A stretch of 63,959 nucleotides of DNA, filler included, from Lama guanicoe (GCA_013239625.1; 76 parts of 76 records of this genome joined end to end with filler, not necessarily neighbours in it); one strand, 5' to 3'. Counted from the first letter of the whole stretch, positions 12,898 to 26,451 are shown. Notes: generated by a model not told the origin, from the letters alone. Numbers and translations: made by a program.

Positions 12898-13414
12898 TGT
12901 ATACCTTGATCTCTCAAAGAATGTAACTGAATGCTCTACCATAACTCTTTATGCACATAATCCAAGTGAAAGGTATTAAAAAAAATTAAGAATATTATAC
13001 TTTTCCAAAAGCACTATCTGTAAATATAAAATATTATTTGTAAATATATTTAAAATACAGTTTACACTTTTGCATATTTAAAATAGATATTACCTATAAA
13101 GTAACTTGTTAAAGCATTATTTGTTATCTGTAATTCATAATAGTAGCTATGTTGAAGCATATTTAACTACTTTCGTATCTGAAGAGAAGATAATAGAAAA
13201 AATTAAGTTTTTAAAATCACTTCTTAATCTGTGATCTCATCTAATGATTTAAATATCACTCAGTGAACTAAATTAAAAGCCAAGTGATTATCAGAATCTC
13301 CAATTATTTTATCTNNNNNNNNNNNNNNNNNNNNNNNNNNNNNNNNNNNNNNNNNNNNTTAATTAATTAANNNNNNNNNNNNNNNNNNNNNNNNNNNNNN
13401 NNNNNNNNNNNNNN

Positions 13415-14095
13415 GAGTATACAGAAACCAGAATTTAAAACATGGAATCCAGAACACAGAATTCAGAATATAGATTAAATATTACCGAATGTAGAATTTA
13501 GAATATAGAATGTAGAACACAGAATGTAGAATATAGAAAATGGATTATACAACCCAGAATTTAGAACATGGAATGCAGAACTCAGAATTTAGATTATAGA
13601 ATAAAGAATAGTGCCTATAGAATTNNNNNNNNNNNNNNNNNNNNNNNNNNNNNNNNNNNNNNNNNNNNNNNNNNNNNNNNNNNNNNNNNNNNNNNNNNNN
13701 NNNNNNNNNNNNNNNNNNNNNNNNNNNNNNNNNNNNNNNNNNNNNNNNNNNNNNNATATGGAAAATACAGAACCTTGAATTTACAACATGGAATGCAGAA
13801 CACAGAATAAAGAATATAGAATACAGAATACTGAATATAGAATTTAGAATATAGAATGTAGAACACAGAATATAGAATGTAGAATACAGAATATAGAATC
13901 CAGAATAAAGAACATGCTATGCAGAACACAGAATTTAGAATATAGAATACAGAATTGTGCATATAGAATTTAGAATATGGAATGTAGAACACAGAAAGTG
14001 AATATATAATAAAGAATACATAATATAGAGTTTAGAATATTGAATATAGAACACAGAATATAGAATATAGAATACAGAATATAGAATCCAGAATA
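13415..14095 (+). repeat. Heptamer satellite
   Basis: Same unit set as 10673-12321. Confidence 0.95.
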
Positions 14096-14195
14096 NNNNN
14101 NNNNNNNNNNNNNNNNNNNNNNNNNNNNNNNNNNNNNNNTTAATTAATTAANNNNNNNNNNNNNNNNNNNNNNNNNNNNNNNNNNNNNNNNNNNN

Positions 14196-14795
14196 TATGA
14201 AGCCTAGCCATGTATTCCACCCCCTGATCTGCATTACCTTCATATTAAAAATACACACTCACCGGAGCTCTGTGGGCAGCAGCACAGACAATCTCATGTG
14301 AAGTAAACTAGCAGTTATTGGTTTATCATTCCTACTGATAAACTGATAACTGAGATCATTTGTACTCTCAGTTATTACTCAAGAATATCTGATTATTTGT
14401 CCTCTCCCAACTCCTAGTCAGATTTTTATTTACCTCTACTGTAGCAAAAATCTACGGAGCTCCATTAGACTTAACAGAAGGAGACTCAAAAGTTGTATCC
14501 AGCTTCAATGTAGAGTATGTAGCTCACATATGTAGTATGTATTTTCTCTGGCCTTTATAGCAGGTTAGGTCTATATCATGATAATAAATATTTTCATAAT
14601 CTATTTTTAGGAGCATCTCAAATCCCTAGATAACAGAATTATATACAGGCCAATTACATGCAGCCCATGTTGTCATTCAAACACTCCTCCTAACAACCTC
14701 CTTCCTAGGACTTTGAATAGCCTACCCACGATTTTGAGATGATCAACTTATACATCTCCTATGAAAAAAAAATTAACACTAACAGTAGCCCTGTG
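14196..14795 (+). pseudogene. MT-ND1: Old NUMT of mitochondrial ND1 (middle to C-terminal part)
   Basis: Degenerate matches to ND1 motifs: gcacagacaatctcatgtgaagta (AQTISYEV), gacttaacagaaggagactcaaaagttgtatccagcttcaatgtagagtat (DLTEGESELVSGFNVEY), cctacccacgattttgagatgatcaacttatacatctcctatgaaaaaa (YPRFRYDQLMHLLWK); many indels. Confidence 0.9.
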
Positions 14796-15860
14796 NNNNN
14801 NNNNNNNNNNNNNNNNNNNNNNNNNNNNNNNNNNNNNNNTTAATTAATTAANNNNNNNNNNNNNNNNNNNNNNNNNNNNNNNNNNNNNNNNNNNNCACTC
14901 TTTTCTCTTTGAACTGTAGTTCCTTCTTTATTATATCCAAGTTTGGATGGCTCTGTTTCTTTGTACTCAATTTTTAAAAAATATTGGCCTGTATCTTTAC
15001 TGGCAGCATACAGTTTTTATTATTATGACTTTGTAGTATGACTTGCTATCTAGTGTGATGCTATCCTCAATGACATCATAGAGGTTTGACATAAGAAGTA
15101 TAAGGCAGAGCAGATTTTTCCCCCCAGTAAGATGGGTTTTAATATAAAGAATTTGGTGCTTACAAAAATCATTGGAATGACTGAAGTTGTAGGTTTGAGG
15201 CTGGGCCTCTTATAAAGATACTCTCACCCTACAGAACTGACTGAGGGGAGCCCCTCCTGCTCAGGAGGCTTCTAGAAGNNNNNNNNNNNNNNNNNNNNNN
15301 NNNNNNNNNNNNNNNNNNNNNNNNNNNNNNNNNNNNNNNNNNNNNNNNNNNNNNNNNNNNNNNNNNNNNNNNNNNNNNNNNNNNNNNNNNNNNNNNNNNN
15401 NNNNNNNNNNNNNNNNNNNNNNNNNNNNNNNNNNNNNNNNNNNNNNNNNNNNNNNNNNNNNNNNNNNNNNNNNNNNNNNNNNNNNNNNNNNNNNNNNNNN
15501 NNNNNNNNNNNNNNNNNNNNNNNNNNNNNNNNNNNNNNNNNNNNNNNNNNNNNNNNNNNNNNNNNNNNNNNNNNNNNNNNNNNNNNNNNNNNNNNNNNNN
15601 NNNNNNNNNNNNNNNNNNNNNNNNNNNNNNNNNNNNNNNNNNNNNNNNNNNNNNNNNNNNNNNNNNNNNNNNNNNNNNNNNNNNNNNNNNNNNNNATGTT
15701 AATGCAAATACACTATTCCAATCAAAAATTGTTTGTAACTGTATTTATTCAACTCTTTAANNNNNNNNNNNNNNNNNNNNNNNNNNNNNNNNNNNNNNNN
15801 NNNNTTAATTAATTAANNNNNNNNNNNNNNNNNNNNNNNNNNNNNNNNNNNNNNNNNNNN

Positions 15861-16964
15861 ATGGAGTGGAGTCTGCAACTGAAGAGAAACTTTGGGTTCC
15901 CAACAAGCTTTGTGAAGGACGGCTTTCAAACACGCTTAACTCTCAAAACTGAGCATGTGGAGACACGTTCGTTCATNNNNNNNNNNNNNNNNNNNNNNNN
16001 NNNNNNNNNNNNNNNNNNNNNNNNNNNNNNNNNNNNNNNNNNNNNNNNNNNNNNNNNNNNNNNNNNNNNNNNNNNNNNNNNNNNNNNNNNNNNNNNNNNN
16101 NNNNNNNNNNNNNNNNNNNNNNNNNNNNNNNNNNNNNNNNNNNNNNNNNNNNNNNNNNNNNNNNNNNNNNNNNNNNNNNNNNNNNNNNNNNNNNNNNNNN
16201 NNNNNNNNNNNNNNNNNNNNNNNNNNNNNNNNNNNNNNNNNNNNNNNNNNNNNNNNNNNNNNNNNNNNNNNNNNNNNNNNNNNNNNNNNNNNNNNNNNNN
16301 NNNNNNNNNNNNNNNNNNNNNNNNNNNNNNNNNNNNNNNNNNNNNNNNNNNNNNNNNNNNNNNNNNNNNNNNNNNNNNNNNNNNNNNNNNNNNNNNNNNN
16401 NNNNNNNNNNNNNNNNNNNNNNNNNNNNNNNNNNNNNNNNNNNNNNNNNNNNNNNNNNNNNNNNNNNNNNNNNNNNNNNNNNNNNNNNNNNNNNNNNNNN
16501 NNNNNNNNNNNNNNNNNNNNNNNNNNNNNNNNNNNNNNNNNNNNNNNNNNNNNNNNNNNNNNNNNNNNNNNNNNNNNNNNNNNNNNNNNNNNNNNNNNNN
16601 NNNNNNNNNNNNNNNNNNNNNNNNNNNNNNNNNNNNNNNNNNNNNNNNNNNNNNNNNNNNNNNNNNNNNNNNNNNNNNNNNNNNNNNNNNNNNNNNNNNN
16701 NNNNNNNNNNNNNNNNNNNNNNNNNNNNNNNNNNNNNNNNNNNNNNNNNNNNNNNNNNNNNNNNNNNNNNNNNNNNNNNNNNNNNNNNNNNNNNNNNNNN
16801 NNNNNNNNNNNNNNNNNNNNNNNNNNNNNNNNNNNNNNNNNNNNNNNNNNNNNNNNNNNNNNNNNNNNNNNNNNNGTGTTCCCAACAAGCTAGGTGAAGG
16901 AGTGCTTTCACACATGCTTAACTCTCAAAACTGAGCATGTGGCGAGACGTTCGTTCATCTAGCA
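15861..16964 (-). repeat. Family B satellite, both ends of a gapped scaffold
   Basis: gtgaagga.ggctttca.aca.gcttaactctcaaaactgagcatgtgg on both sides of the gap; matches 31287-31750. Confidence 0.88.
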
Positions 16965-17064
16965 NNNNNNNNNNNNNNNNNNNNNNNNNNNNNNNNNNNN
17001 NNNNNNNNTTAATTAATTAANNNNNNNNNNNNNNNNNNNNNNNNNNNNNNNNNNNNNNNNNNNN

Positions 17065-18363
17065 ACACACAATATAGAATATAGAATAGAGAATAGAGAA
17101 CCAAGAATTTAGATTATGAATTGCAGAACACAGAATTTAGAATATAGAATACAGTATACTGAATATAAACATAAGAATATTGAATTTAGAACACAAAACA
17201 TAGAATATAGAATACGGAATGCAGAATATAGAATACAGAATATAGTATATAGAACACAGAATATAGAATATGGAAAACAGAATACAGATCCCAGAATTTA
17301 GAAAATGGAATTCAGAACACAGAATTAAGAATATAGAATTAAGAATACTGAATATAGAATTTAGAACACCGAATTCAGTATACAAAGTTTAGAATACAGA
17401 ATACAGAATCCTAAATATAGAATAGAGAACATGGAATGCAGAACACAGAATTTAGAATGTAGAATACAGAATATAGGATTTAGAATATAGAATGTAGAAC
17501 ACAGAATATAGAATATAGAATATTGAATGCAGAATATAGAATGAAGAATATAGAATGAAGAGCACAAAATATAGAATATATAANNNNNNNNNNNNNNNNN
17601 NNNNNNNNNNNNNNNNNNNNNNNNNNNNNNNNNNNNNNNNNNNNNNNNNNNNNNNNNNNNNNNNNNNNNNNNNNNNNNNNNNNNNNNNNNNNNNNNNNNN
17701 NNNNNNNNNNNNNNNNNNNNNNNNNNNNNNNNNNNNNNNNNNNNNNNNNNNNNNNNNNNNNNNNNNNNNNNNNNNNNNNNNNNNNNNNNNNNNNNNNNNN
17801 NNNNNNNNNNNNNNNNNNNNNNNNNNNNNNNNNNNNNNNNNNNNNNNNNNNNNNNNNNNNNNNNNNNNNNNNNNNNNNNNNNNNNNNNNNNNNNNNNNNN
17901 NNNNNNNNNNNNNNNNNNNNNNNNNNNNNNNNNNNNNNNNNNNNNNNNNNNNNNNNNNNNNNNNNNNNNNNNNNNNNNNNNNNNNNNNNNNNNNNNNNNN
18001 NNNNNNNNNNNNNNNNNNNNNNNNNNNNNNNNNNNNNNNNNNNNNNNNNNNNNNNNNNNNNNNNNNNNNNNNNNNNNNNNNNNNNNNNNNNNNNNNNNNN
18101 NNNNNNNNNNNNNNNNNNNNNNNNNNNNNNNNNNNNNNNNNNNNNNNNNNNNNNNNNNNNNNNNNNNNNNNNNNNNNNNNNNNNNNNNNNNNNNNNNNNN
18201 NNNNNNNNNNNNNNNNNNNNNNNNNNNNNNNNNNNNNNNNNNNNNNNNNNNNNNNNNNNNNNNNNNNNNNNNNNNNNNNNNNNNNNNNNNNNNNNNNNNA
18301 TATAGAATTTAGCGTTTAGAATTTAGAACACAGAATATAGAATATAGAATACGGAATGCAAAA
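17065..18363 (+). repeat. Heptamer satellite
   Basis: Same unit set. Confidence 0.95.
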
Positions 18364-18463
18364 NNNNNNNNNNNNNNNNNNNNNNNNNNNNNNNNNNNNN
18401 NNNNNNNTTAATTAATTAANNNNNNNNNNNNNNNNNNNNNNNNNNNNNNNNNNNNNNNNNNNN

Positions 18464-19640
18464 TGGTTCCGGAATCCTGAGCATGGGGAGGTTCCACCAA
18501 CGGTCGACAGCGTGTGGGTTCTAATTGAATGCCTAAGCTCGTCTCCCCTGGGTTTTTTCCTAATGTCTCTGTGCCAGGGAATGCTAGGGGGGTTTGCAGG
18601 CAATCCCAGTGACAGAGGATGCCTCGCCAACATCAGGGAAGGTATTTCTCGGACTTCCCCTAACAGGGAACACCTGTGACTGAAGAGAGCTGCGTGGAGT
18701 TGTCTCTCGAGCTCCCCACGCACTGACAATCGNNNNNNNNNNNNNNNNNNNNNNNNNNNNNNNNNNNNNNNNNNNNNNNNNNNNNNNNNNNNNNNNNNNN
18801 NNNNNNNNNNNNNNNNNNNNNNNNNNNNNNNNNNNNNNNNNNNNNNNNNNNNNNNNNNNNNNNNNNNNNNNNNNNNNNNNNNNNNNNNNNNNNNNNNNNN
18901 NNNNNNNNNNNNNNNNNNNNNNNNNNNNNNNNNNNNNNNNNNNNNNNNNNNNNNNNNNNNNNNNNNNNNNNNNNNNNNNNNNNNNNNNNNNNNNNNNNNN
19001 NNNNNNNNNNNNNNNNNNNNNNNNNNNNNNNNNNNNNNNNNNNNNNNNNNNNNNNNNNNNNNNNNNNNNNNNNNNNNNNNNNNNNNNNNNNNNNNNNNNN
19101 NNNNNNNNNNNNNNNNNNTTGCTCAGAATTCCCCCTAACAGGGAACACCTGTGACTGAAGAGAGCTGCGTGGAGTTGTCTCTCGAGCTCTCCACGCACTG
19201 ACAATGGTTCCGGAATCCTGAGCATGGGGAGGTTCCACCAACGGTCGGCAGCGCGTGGGTTCTAACGGAATGCCTAAGCTCGACTCCCCTGGAATTTTTT
19301 CCTAATGTCTATGTGCCAGGGAACACTAGGGGGCTTGCAGGAAATCCCAGGGACAGAGGCTGCCTCCCCAATGTCAGGGAAGGTATTTCTCAGAAATCCC
19401 CCTAACAGGGAACACCTGTGACTGAAGAAAGCTGCGTGGAATTTTCTCTCGATCTCCCCACGCAGTGGCAATGGTTCCGGTATCCTGAGCTTGGGGAGGT
19501 TCCACCAACGGTCGGCAGCGAGTGGGTTCTAACGGAACGCCTAAGCTCGACTCCCCTGGGTTTTTTCCTAATGTCCCTGTGCCAGAGAATTCTAGGGGGA
19601 TTTGCAGGCAATCCCAGTGACAGGGGCTGCCTCCCCAAGG
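18464..19640 (+). repeat. GC-rich 267-bp satellite, family A
   Basis: caatggttccgg at 19202 and 19469 gives a 267-bp period; monomers are highly similar. Confidence 0.95.
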
Positions 19641-20053
19641 NNNNNNNNNNNNNNNNNNNNNNNNNNNNNNNNNNNNNNNNNNNNTTAATTAATTAANNNN
19701 NNNNNNNNNNNNNNNNNNNNNNNNNNNNNNNNNNNNNNNNGCTTCTCACTCTTACTTTTATATATGTGTCCTCACTAGATTTTTTTTCTGAGTATTTTCT
19801 GATAGCGTTTCTAATTGCTTCTTTAACCTGCTAGTTAAAGCTTAGTGCATAATTTCCAAATATTTGGGAATTTCTGGTGACATCTATTTGCAGTTGATTT
19901 ACTATATCAATTCAGTTTTAGTCAAAGAATAAATCCTGTATACATTCAGATTTTTTTATGCATTAAGACTTATTTATGACCAAATGGATTATGTGTGTGT
20001 ATGTTTGTGAACATTTTGTCTACACAGCAGGGTTTCTTGGAGCCCCAGCTGCA

Positions 20054-20092
20054 GGTTTGGGTACAGGCTGCAGGTGCCTGGGGAGCACTGTG
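20054..20092 (-). promoter_or_regulatory. 23-bp-spacer recombination signal sequence
   Basis: CACAGTG (20092-20086), 23-nt spacer ctccccaggcacctgcagcctgt, nonamer ACCCAAACC (20062-20054). Confidence 0.93.
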
Positions 20093-20250
20093 CACTTGCT
20101 GCACAGAAGTAGGTGGCCGAGTCTCCAAGCTGGGAGTCCTTGATGTGCAATGAGAAGTGTTTAGCACTCCCATAGGAGGAAACTGTGAATCTTCCATCTT
20201 CCTTTTTATTCCCACTTGAACTTTTGGCTATCAAGAATTCAGGGCCTTGA
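20093..20250 (-). CDS. TRAV: T-cell receptor alpha/delta variable segment, 3' half (TRAV23/TRAV29-like); partial
   Basis: [52 protein letters not shown] contains the V-domain D-x-A-x-Y-x-C motif and is followed immediately by an RSS. Confidence 0.93.
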
Positions 20251-20350
20251 NNNNNNNNNNNNNNNNNNNNNNNNNNNNNNNNNNNNNNNNNNNNTTAATT
20301 AATTAANNNNNNNNNNNNNNNNNNNNNNNNNNNNNNNNNNNNNNNNNNNN

Positions 20351-21158
20351 CTCCGCACGCACTGACAATGGTTTCGGAATCCTGAGCATGTGGAGGTTTC
20401 TCCAACGGTCAGCAGCGCTTGGGTTGTAATGGAATGCCTAAGCTCGTCTCCCCTGAGTTTTTTCCTAATGTCACTGTGCCAGGGAATTTAAGGTGGGTGT
20501 GCAGGAAATCCCAGTGACAGAGGCTGCCTCCCCAAGGTCAGGGAAGGTATTTCTCAGAATTCCCCCTAACAGGGCACACCTGTGACTGAAGAGAGCTGCG
20601 TGGAGTTGTCTCTCGAGCTACCCAACCATGCACTGACAATGTTTCCGGAGTCCTGAGCGTGGGGAGGTTCCACCAACTGTCGGCAGCGTGTGGGTTCTAA
20701 CGGAATGCCTAAGCTCGTCTCCCCTTGTTATTTTCCTAATTTCTCTGTGTCAGGGAATGCTAGGGGGGGTTTGAAGGAAATCCCAGTGACAGAGGCTGCC
20801 TCCGAAAAGTCAGGGAAGGTATTTCACGGACTTCCCCGTTCAGGGAACTCCTGTGACTGAAGAGAGCTGCGTGGAGTTGTCTCTCCAGCTACCCACGCAC
20901 TGACAATGGTTCCGGAATCCTGAGCGTGGGGAGGTTCCACCAACGGTCGGCAGCGCATGGGTTCTAACGGAATGCCTAAGCTCTTCTCCCCTTGTTATTT
21001 TCCTAATTTCTCTGTGTCAGGGAATGCTAGGGGGGTTTTGAAGGAAATCCCAGTGACAGATGGTGCCTCCCCAAGTTCCGGGAAATTATTTCTCGGACTT
21101 CCCCGATCTGGGAACACATGTGACTGAAGAGACCTGCGTGGATTTGACTCTCGATCTC
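20351..21158 (+). repeat. 267-bp satellite family A, about 3 monomers
   Basis: actgacaatg at ~20361, ~20632 and ~20899. Confidence 0.95.
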
Positions 21159-21258
21159 NNNNNNNNNNNNNNNNNNNNNNNNNNNNNNNNNNNNNNNNNN
21201 NNTTAATTAATTAANNNNNNNNNNNNNNNNNNNNNNNNNNNNNNNNNNNNNNNNNNNN

Positions 21259-22148
21259 ATAGAATGTAGAACACAGAATATAGAAGATAGAAAAGAAGAT
21301 ATAGAACAAAGAATTTACAACATGGATTACAGAACACAGAATTTAGAATATAGTATACAGAATACTTAATAAACAATTTAAAAATTGAATGTAGAACACA
21401 GAATATAGAATATAAAATACATAATACTGAATATATANNNNNNNNNNNNNNNNNNNNNNNNNNNNNNNNNNNNNNNNNNNNNNNNNNNNNNNNNNNNNNN
21501 NNNNNNNNNNNNNNNNNNNNNNNNNNNNNNNNNNNNNNNNNNNNNNNNNNNNNNNNNNNNNNNNNNNNNNNNNNNNNNNNNNNNNNNNNNAGAACACAGA
21601 ATTTACAATATAGAATAAAGAATACTGAATATAGAATTTAGAATATAGAACTTAGAATACAGAATATAGAATGTAGAATTCAGAATATAGAATCTAGATT
21701 TAAGAACATGCTATGCAGAACACAGAATTAAAAATATAGATTACATAATACTGAATATAGAATTTAGAATATAGAATGTAGAACACAGAATTTACAATAT
21801 AGAATAAAGAATACTGAATATAGAATTTAGAATATAGAATGTAGAACACAGAATTTACAATATAGAATAAAGAATACTGAATATAGAATTTAGAATATAG
21901 AATGTAGAACACAGAATTTACAATATAGAATAAAGAATACTGAATATAGAATTTAGAATATAGAATGTAGAACACAGAATATTGAATATAGAATACGGAA
22001 TGCAGAATATAGAATACAGAATATAGAATTCAGAATGCAGAATATATAATATGGAAAAAAGAATACAGAAAATTGAATTTAGAACATGGAATGCAGAATT
22101 CAGAATTTAGAATATATAATACAGTATACTGAACATAGAATTTAGAAC
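21259..22148 (+). repeat. Heptamer satellite with a 63-bp (9x7) higher-order unit
   Basis: agaacacagaatttacaatatagaataaagaatactgaatatagaatttagaatatagaatgt repeated three times at ~21780-21968. Confidence 0.93.
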
Positions 22149-22507
22149 NNNNNNNNNNNNNNNNNNNNNNNNNNNNNNNNNNNNNNNNNNNNTTAATTAA
22201 TTAANNNNNNNNNNNNNNNNNNNNNNNNNNNNNNNNNNNNNNNNNNNNGGAAAGAACTGAGCGAACTTTGAGATTCCATCGAAAGACTGCTTCTGGCCCT
22301 TTCATTAGAGGCTAAATGCTGCACCAGTGGTAAATCCACTTCCAGCTTGATTTTTCCAGTTAATTCTCCATAATTCAATTCTTGAACTCCTTGCAGGCTA
22401 TCTGGAAGACTGGCAGCAATTACTTTCTTTGTTAATAGTTGCGTACGAAGTAGCTTTAATTAAATTTTATTTTGGAAATTAGAAACAATCTTGAGGATTT
22501 TTTTAAT

Positions 22508-23116
<609 letters not shown>

Positions 23117-23216
23117 NNNNNNNNNNNNNNNNNNNNNNNNNNNNNNNNNNNNNNNNNNNNTTAATTAATTAANNNNNNNNNNNNNNNNNNNNNNNNNNNN
23201 NNNNNNNNNNNNNNNN

Positions 23217-23318
23217 ACGGAATGCATGTGCTCTTCTCCCCTGAGAGTTTTCCTCATGTCTCTCTGCCTGGGAATGCTAGGAGGGGTTGCAGGAAATCCC
23301 AGTGACAGAGGCTGCCTC
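23217..23318 (+). repeat. 267-bp satellite family A fragment
   Basis: acggaatgc...gggaatgctagg...aatcccagtgacagaggctgcctc. Confidence 0.9.
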
Positions 23319-24623
23319 NNNNNNNNNNNNNNNNNNNNNNNNNNNNNNNNNNNNNNNNNNNNTTAATTAATTAANNNNNNNNNNNNNNNNNNNNNNNNNN
23401 NNNNNNNNNNNNNNNNNNTCCCCATCTGTTATGGCCAAACTTTTCTGTTTCTTTGTACATCTTTTAACGTTCTCTTGAAAACTGGACATTTAAAATATTA
23501 CAATGTGGCAGATCTGAAAGCCTGATTTTCCTCATCTCCAGGGTTTATCGTTGCTTTCATTGTCATTGCTGCTGCTGCTATTTATTTACTTACTTTCCTG
23601 AACAAATTCTTTAAAGTCTGTATTCTTTATCATGCATGACCATGAGATCAGTGTGTGTGAAAGCCTAGTTGTCATCACTGTAATAATGATTGGACAGTGA
23701 TTTCTTTCAATGCCTGGAGCCAATCGTTTGAGCTGTTGCCAGGTGCTGTGTGTCTGCATGCTGAGGGATGCCCTCAGCACCGGCATGCAGTCAGCAGCTC
23801 TTCTGTAGCCTTTAGTTCTTGCTTATGTAGAACCTCAAGTTCAGCCAGAGTTGAAGGCTTAGGATTTTCTCAGNNNNNNNNNNNNNNNNNNNNNNNNNNN
23901 NNNNNNNNNNNNNNNNNTTAATTAATTAANNNNNNNNNNNNNNNNNNNNNNNNNNNNNNNNNNNNNNNNNNNNAAGGAGAGAAAGTCAGAGAAACGAGTC
24001 AGCGGCCCCTGTGAGGTCTGGGTGACGGGGGCAGGAGGTGGTGCAGAGGCAGCACCGTGGCCTCCCCTGCAGCCCTGAGGGCAACGTGCGCATGTAAAGC
24101 CAGCGTCTCTTGTCACCATGTGTTCTAACAGGACTCCCACTAAAAGAATGAGTGGAGATTTGGGGAGGCCTTACCCTTTACCGTCTTGTCAAACATCTTT
24201 AATGCTGACTGTATTTATTCAAGATGACACAGAGATCACCTGCAGAGCTTGAGGGAGCGGTGCTTGCTTCCTGTCTTGCCCNNNNNNNNNNNNNNNNNNN
24301 NNNNNNNNNNNNNNNNNNGCAGTGCCCGTGGGGGGAGCTCTGCTCCTGGGGGTCTCTGCTCCTGTGGTGGGAGCTCTGCTCCTCGGGGAGCTGGGCACGG
24401 GAGTGCTCACACTGGTGCCGGTCACACCAGCGCTGCTCCCTCTCCAGGTGATGAGCCCTTTGTGTAAGTATTACAGGTGGGATCCAGAGTCTTCCTGCGT
24501 CTACAGAGTTCTCCAGTAAAGCCNNNNNNNNNNNNNNNNNNNNNNNNNNNNNNNNNNNNNNNNNNNNTTAATTAATTAANNNNNNNNNNNNNNNNNNNNN
24601 NNNNNNNNNNNNNNNNNNNNNNN

Positions 24624-25446
24624 TTTCTGTGCCAGGGAATGCTAGGGGGGTTAACAGGCAATCCCAGTGACAGAGGCTGCTTCCAGAAGTTCAGGGAATG
24701 TATTTCTCGTACTTCCCCGTTCAGGGAACACCTGTGACTGAAGAGAGCTGCGTGGAGTTGTCTCTCGAGCTCCCCCACGCACTGACAATTGTTCCGGAAT
24801 CCTGAGCGTGGGGAGGTTCAACCACCGGTCGGCAGCGCGTGGGTTCTAACGGAATGCCTAAGCTCGACTCCCCTGGGTTTTTTCCTAATGTATGCTAGGG
24901 GGATTTGCAGGATATCCCAGTGACTGTGTCTGCCTCCCCAAATTCAGGGAAGTTATTTCTCGGACTTCCCCGTACAGGGAATACCTGTGACTGAAGAGAG
25001 CTGCGTGGAGATGTATCTCGGGATCCCCCACACACTGAAATTGGTTCCGGACTCCTGAGCGTGGGGAGGTTCCACCAATGGTCGGCAGCGCGTGGGTTCT
25101 AACGGAATGCCTAAGGTCGAATCCCCTTAGGGTTATCCTAGTGTCTCTTTGGCAGGGAATGCTAGGGGTGTTTGCAGGATATCCCAGTGACAGAGGCTGC
25201 CACCCCAAGGTCAGGGAAGGTATTTCTCGGACATCCCCGAACAGGGAACTCCTGTGACTGAAGAGAGCTGCGTGGAGTTGTCTCTCGAACTCCCCACGTA
25301 CTGACATTGTTTCCGGAATCCTGAGCGTGGGGAGGTTCCACCAACGGTCGGCAGGACGTAGGTCCTAACCGAATGCCTAAGCTCGACTCCCCTGGATTTT
25401 TTTCTAATGTCTCTGTGCCTGGGAATGCTTGGGTGGTTTGCAGGCA
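24624..25446 (+). repeat. 267-bp satellite family A, about 3 monomers, one with a ~14-bp deletion
   Basis: Tandem monomers; ctaatgt|atgctagg at ~24890 lacks ctctgtgccaggga. Confidence 0.95.
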
Positions 25447-25546
25447 NNNNNNNNNNNNNNNNNNNNNNNNNNNNNNNNNNNNNNNNNNNNTTAATTAATT
25501 AANNNNNNNNNNNNNNNNNNNNNNNNNNNNNNNNNNNNNNNNNNNN

Positions 25547-26351
25547 AATATATTCATAAATAGATACTGAATTTGTCAAAACATTTTATGACTCTCTTTA
25601 AGTGACCATATAATTTTTTTTCTTCAGGTTGTTTGTGTGGTGTATCATACTCATTAATTTGTGGGTATTGAATCACTTTTGCATCCCTGGAATAAATGAA
25701 CTTAATCAAAATGCATAATCCTCTTAATGTATTGTTTGATTTGCTAACAATTTAGTGGTTTTTTTGCGTCTATGCTTATCATTAGTATGTAACCTGTAAT
25801 TTTTAGAGGTATTTGTTCCAGTTCTAGTAGAAGTGTGATACAGAAATGTGGGATAGAAAGCCTCCTGTCCTCTCGAAATTTTTGGAATACGCTGAGAAGT
25901 ATAGGTGATAGCTCTTCTCTAAATGTTTGTCAGAAATCATCTGTGAAGCTGTCTAGGCCTGGAATTTTGTTTCTATGGATTTTTTTTATATACTTATTCA
26001 ATTTCATTAGTGATAATCTGTTCATGTTTTCTTTCTCATTCCATTCTGGAGATTAAGTCTTTCTAAGAAATGGTCCGTTTATTCTAGGGTTTCCATTTTA
26101 TTGGCATATAATTTGTTGTATCATCTAGTATCATCTTGCTTTCTATTTCTTTGATATAAGTTGTAATTTCTCATTAAGTTCTGAGCTTATTAATCTGTAA
26201 CTCTCTTTTATGGTCATGTGTCTGGTTAAAGTTTATCAACATTATTTATGTTTCAAAAGCCATTATTTAGATTGATTAAATGATTATATTTTTAATCATT
26301 ATTTTATTTAATTATGTTCTGTCCTTTCAGCTGACTTTCCTTCTACTAACA
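25547..26351 (-). mobile_element. Diverged L1 ORF2 fragment
   Basis: gcatccctggaataaat and ctgtgaagctgtctaggcctgga are L1 antisense motifs; a related piece lies at 63627-63763. Confidence 0.8.
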
Positions 26352-26451
26352 NNNNNNNNNNNNNNNNNNNNNNNNNNNNNNNNNNNNNNNNNNNNTTAAT
26401 TAATTAANNNNNNNNNNNNNNNNNNNNNNNNNNNNNNNNNNNNNNNNNNNN

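Noticed and set aside
15861..16934. Long ORFs of about 300 aa spanning N runs (also 28021-29110, 43312-44355, 61963-62928)
   Set aside because: Their length comes from unknown bases.
18464..19640. CENP-B box in the satellite monomers
   Set aside because: No TTCG-N4-A-N2-CGGG pattern found by eye in families A, B or C.
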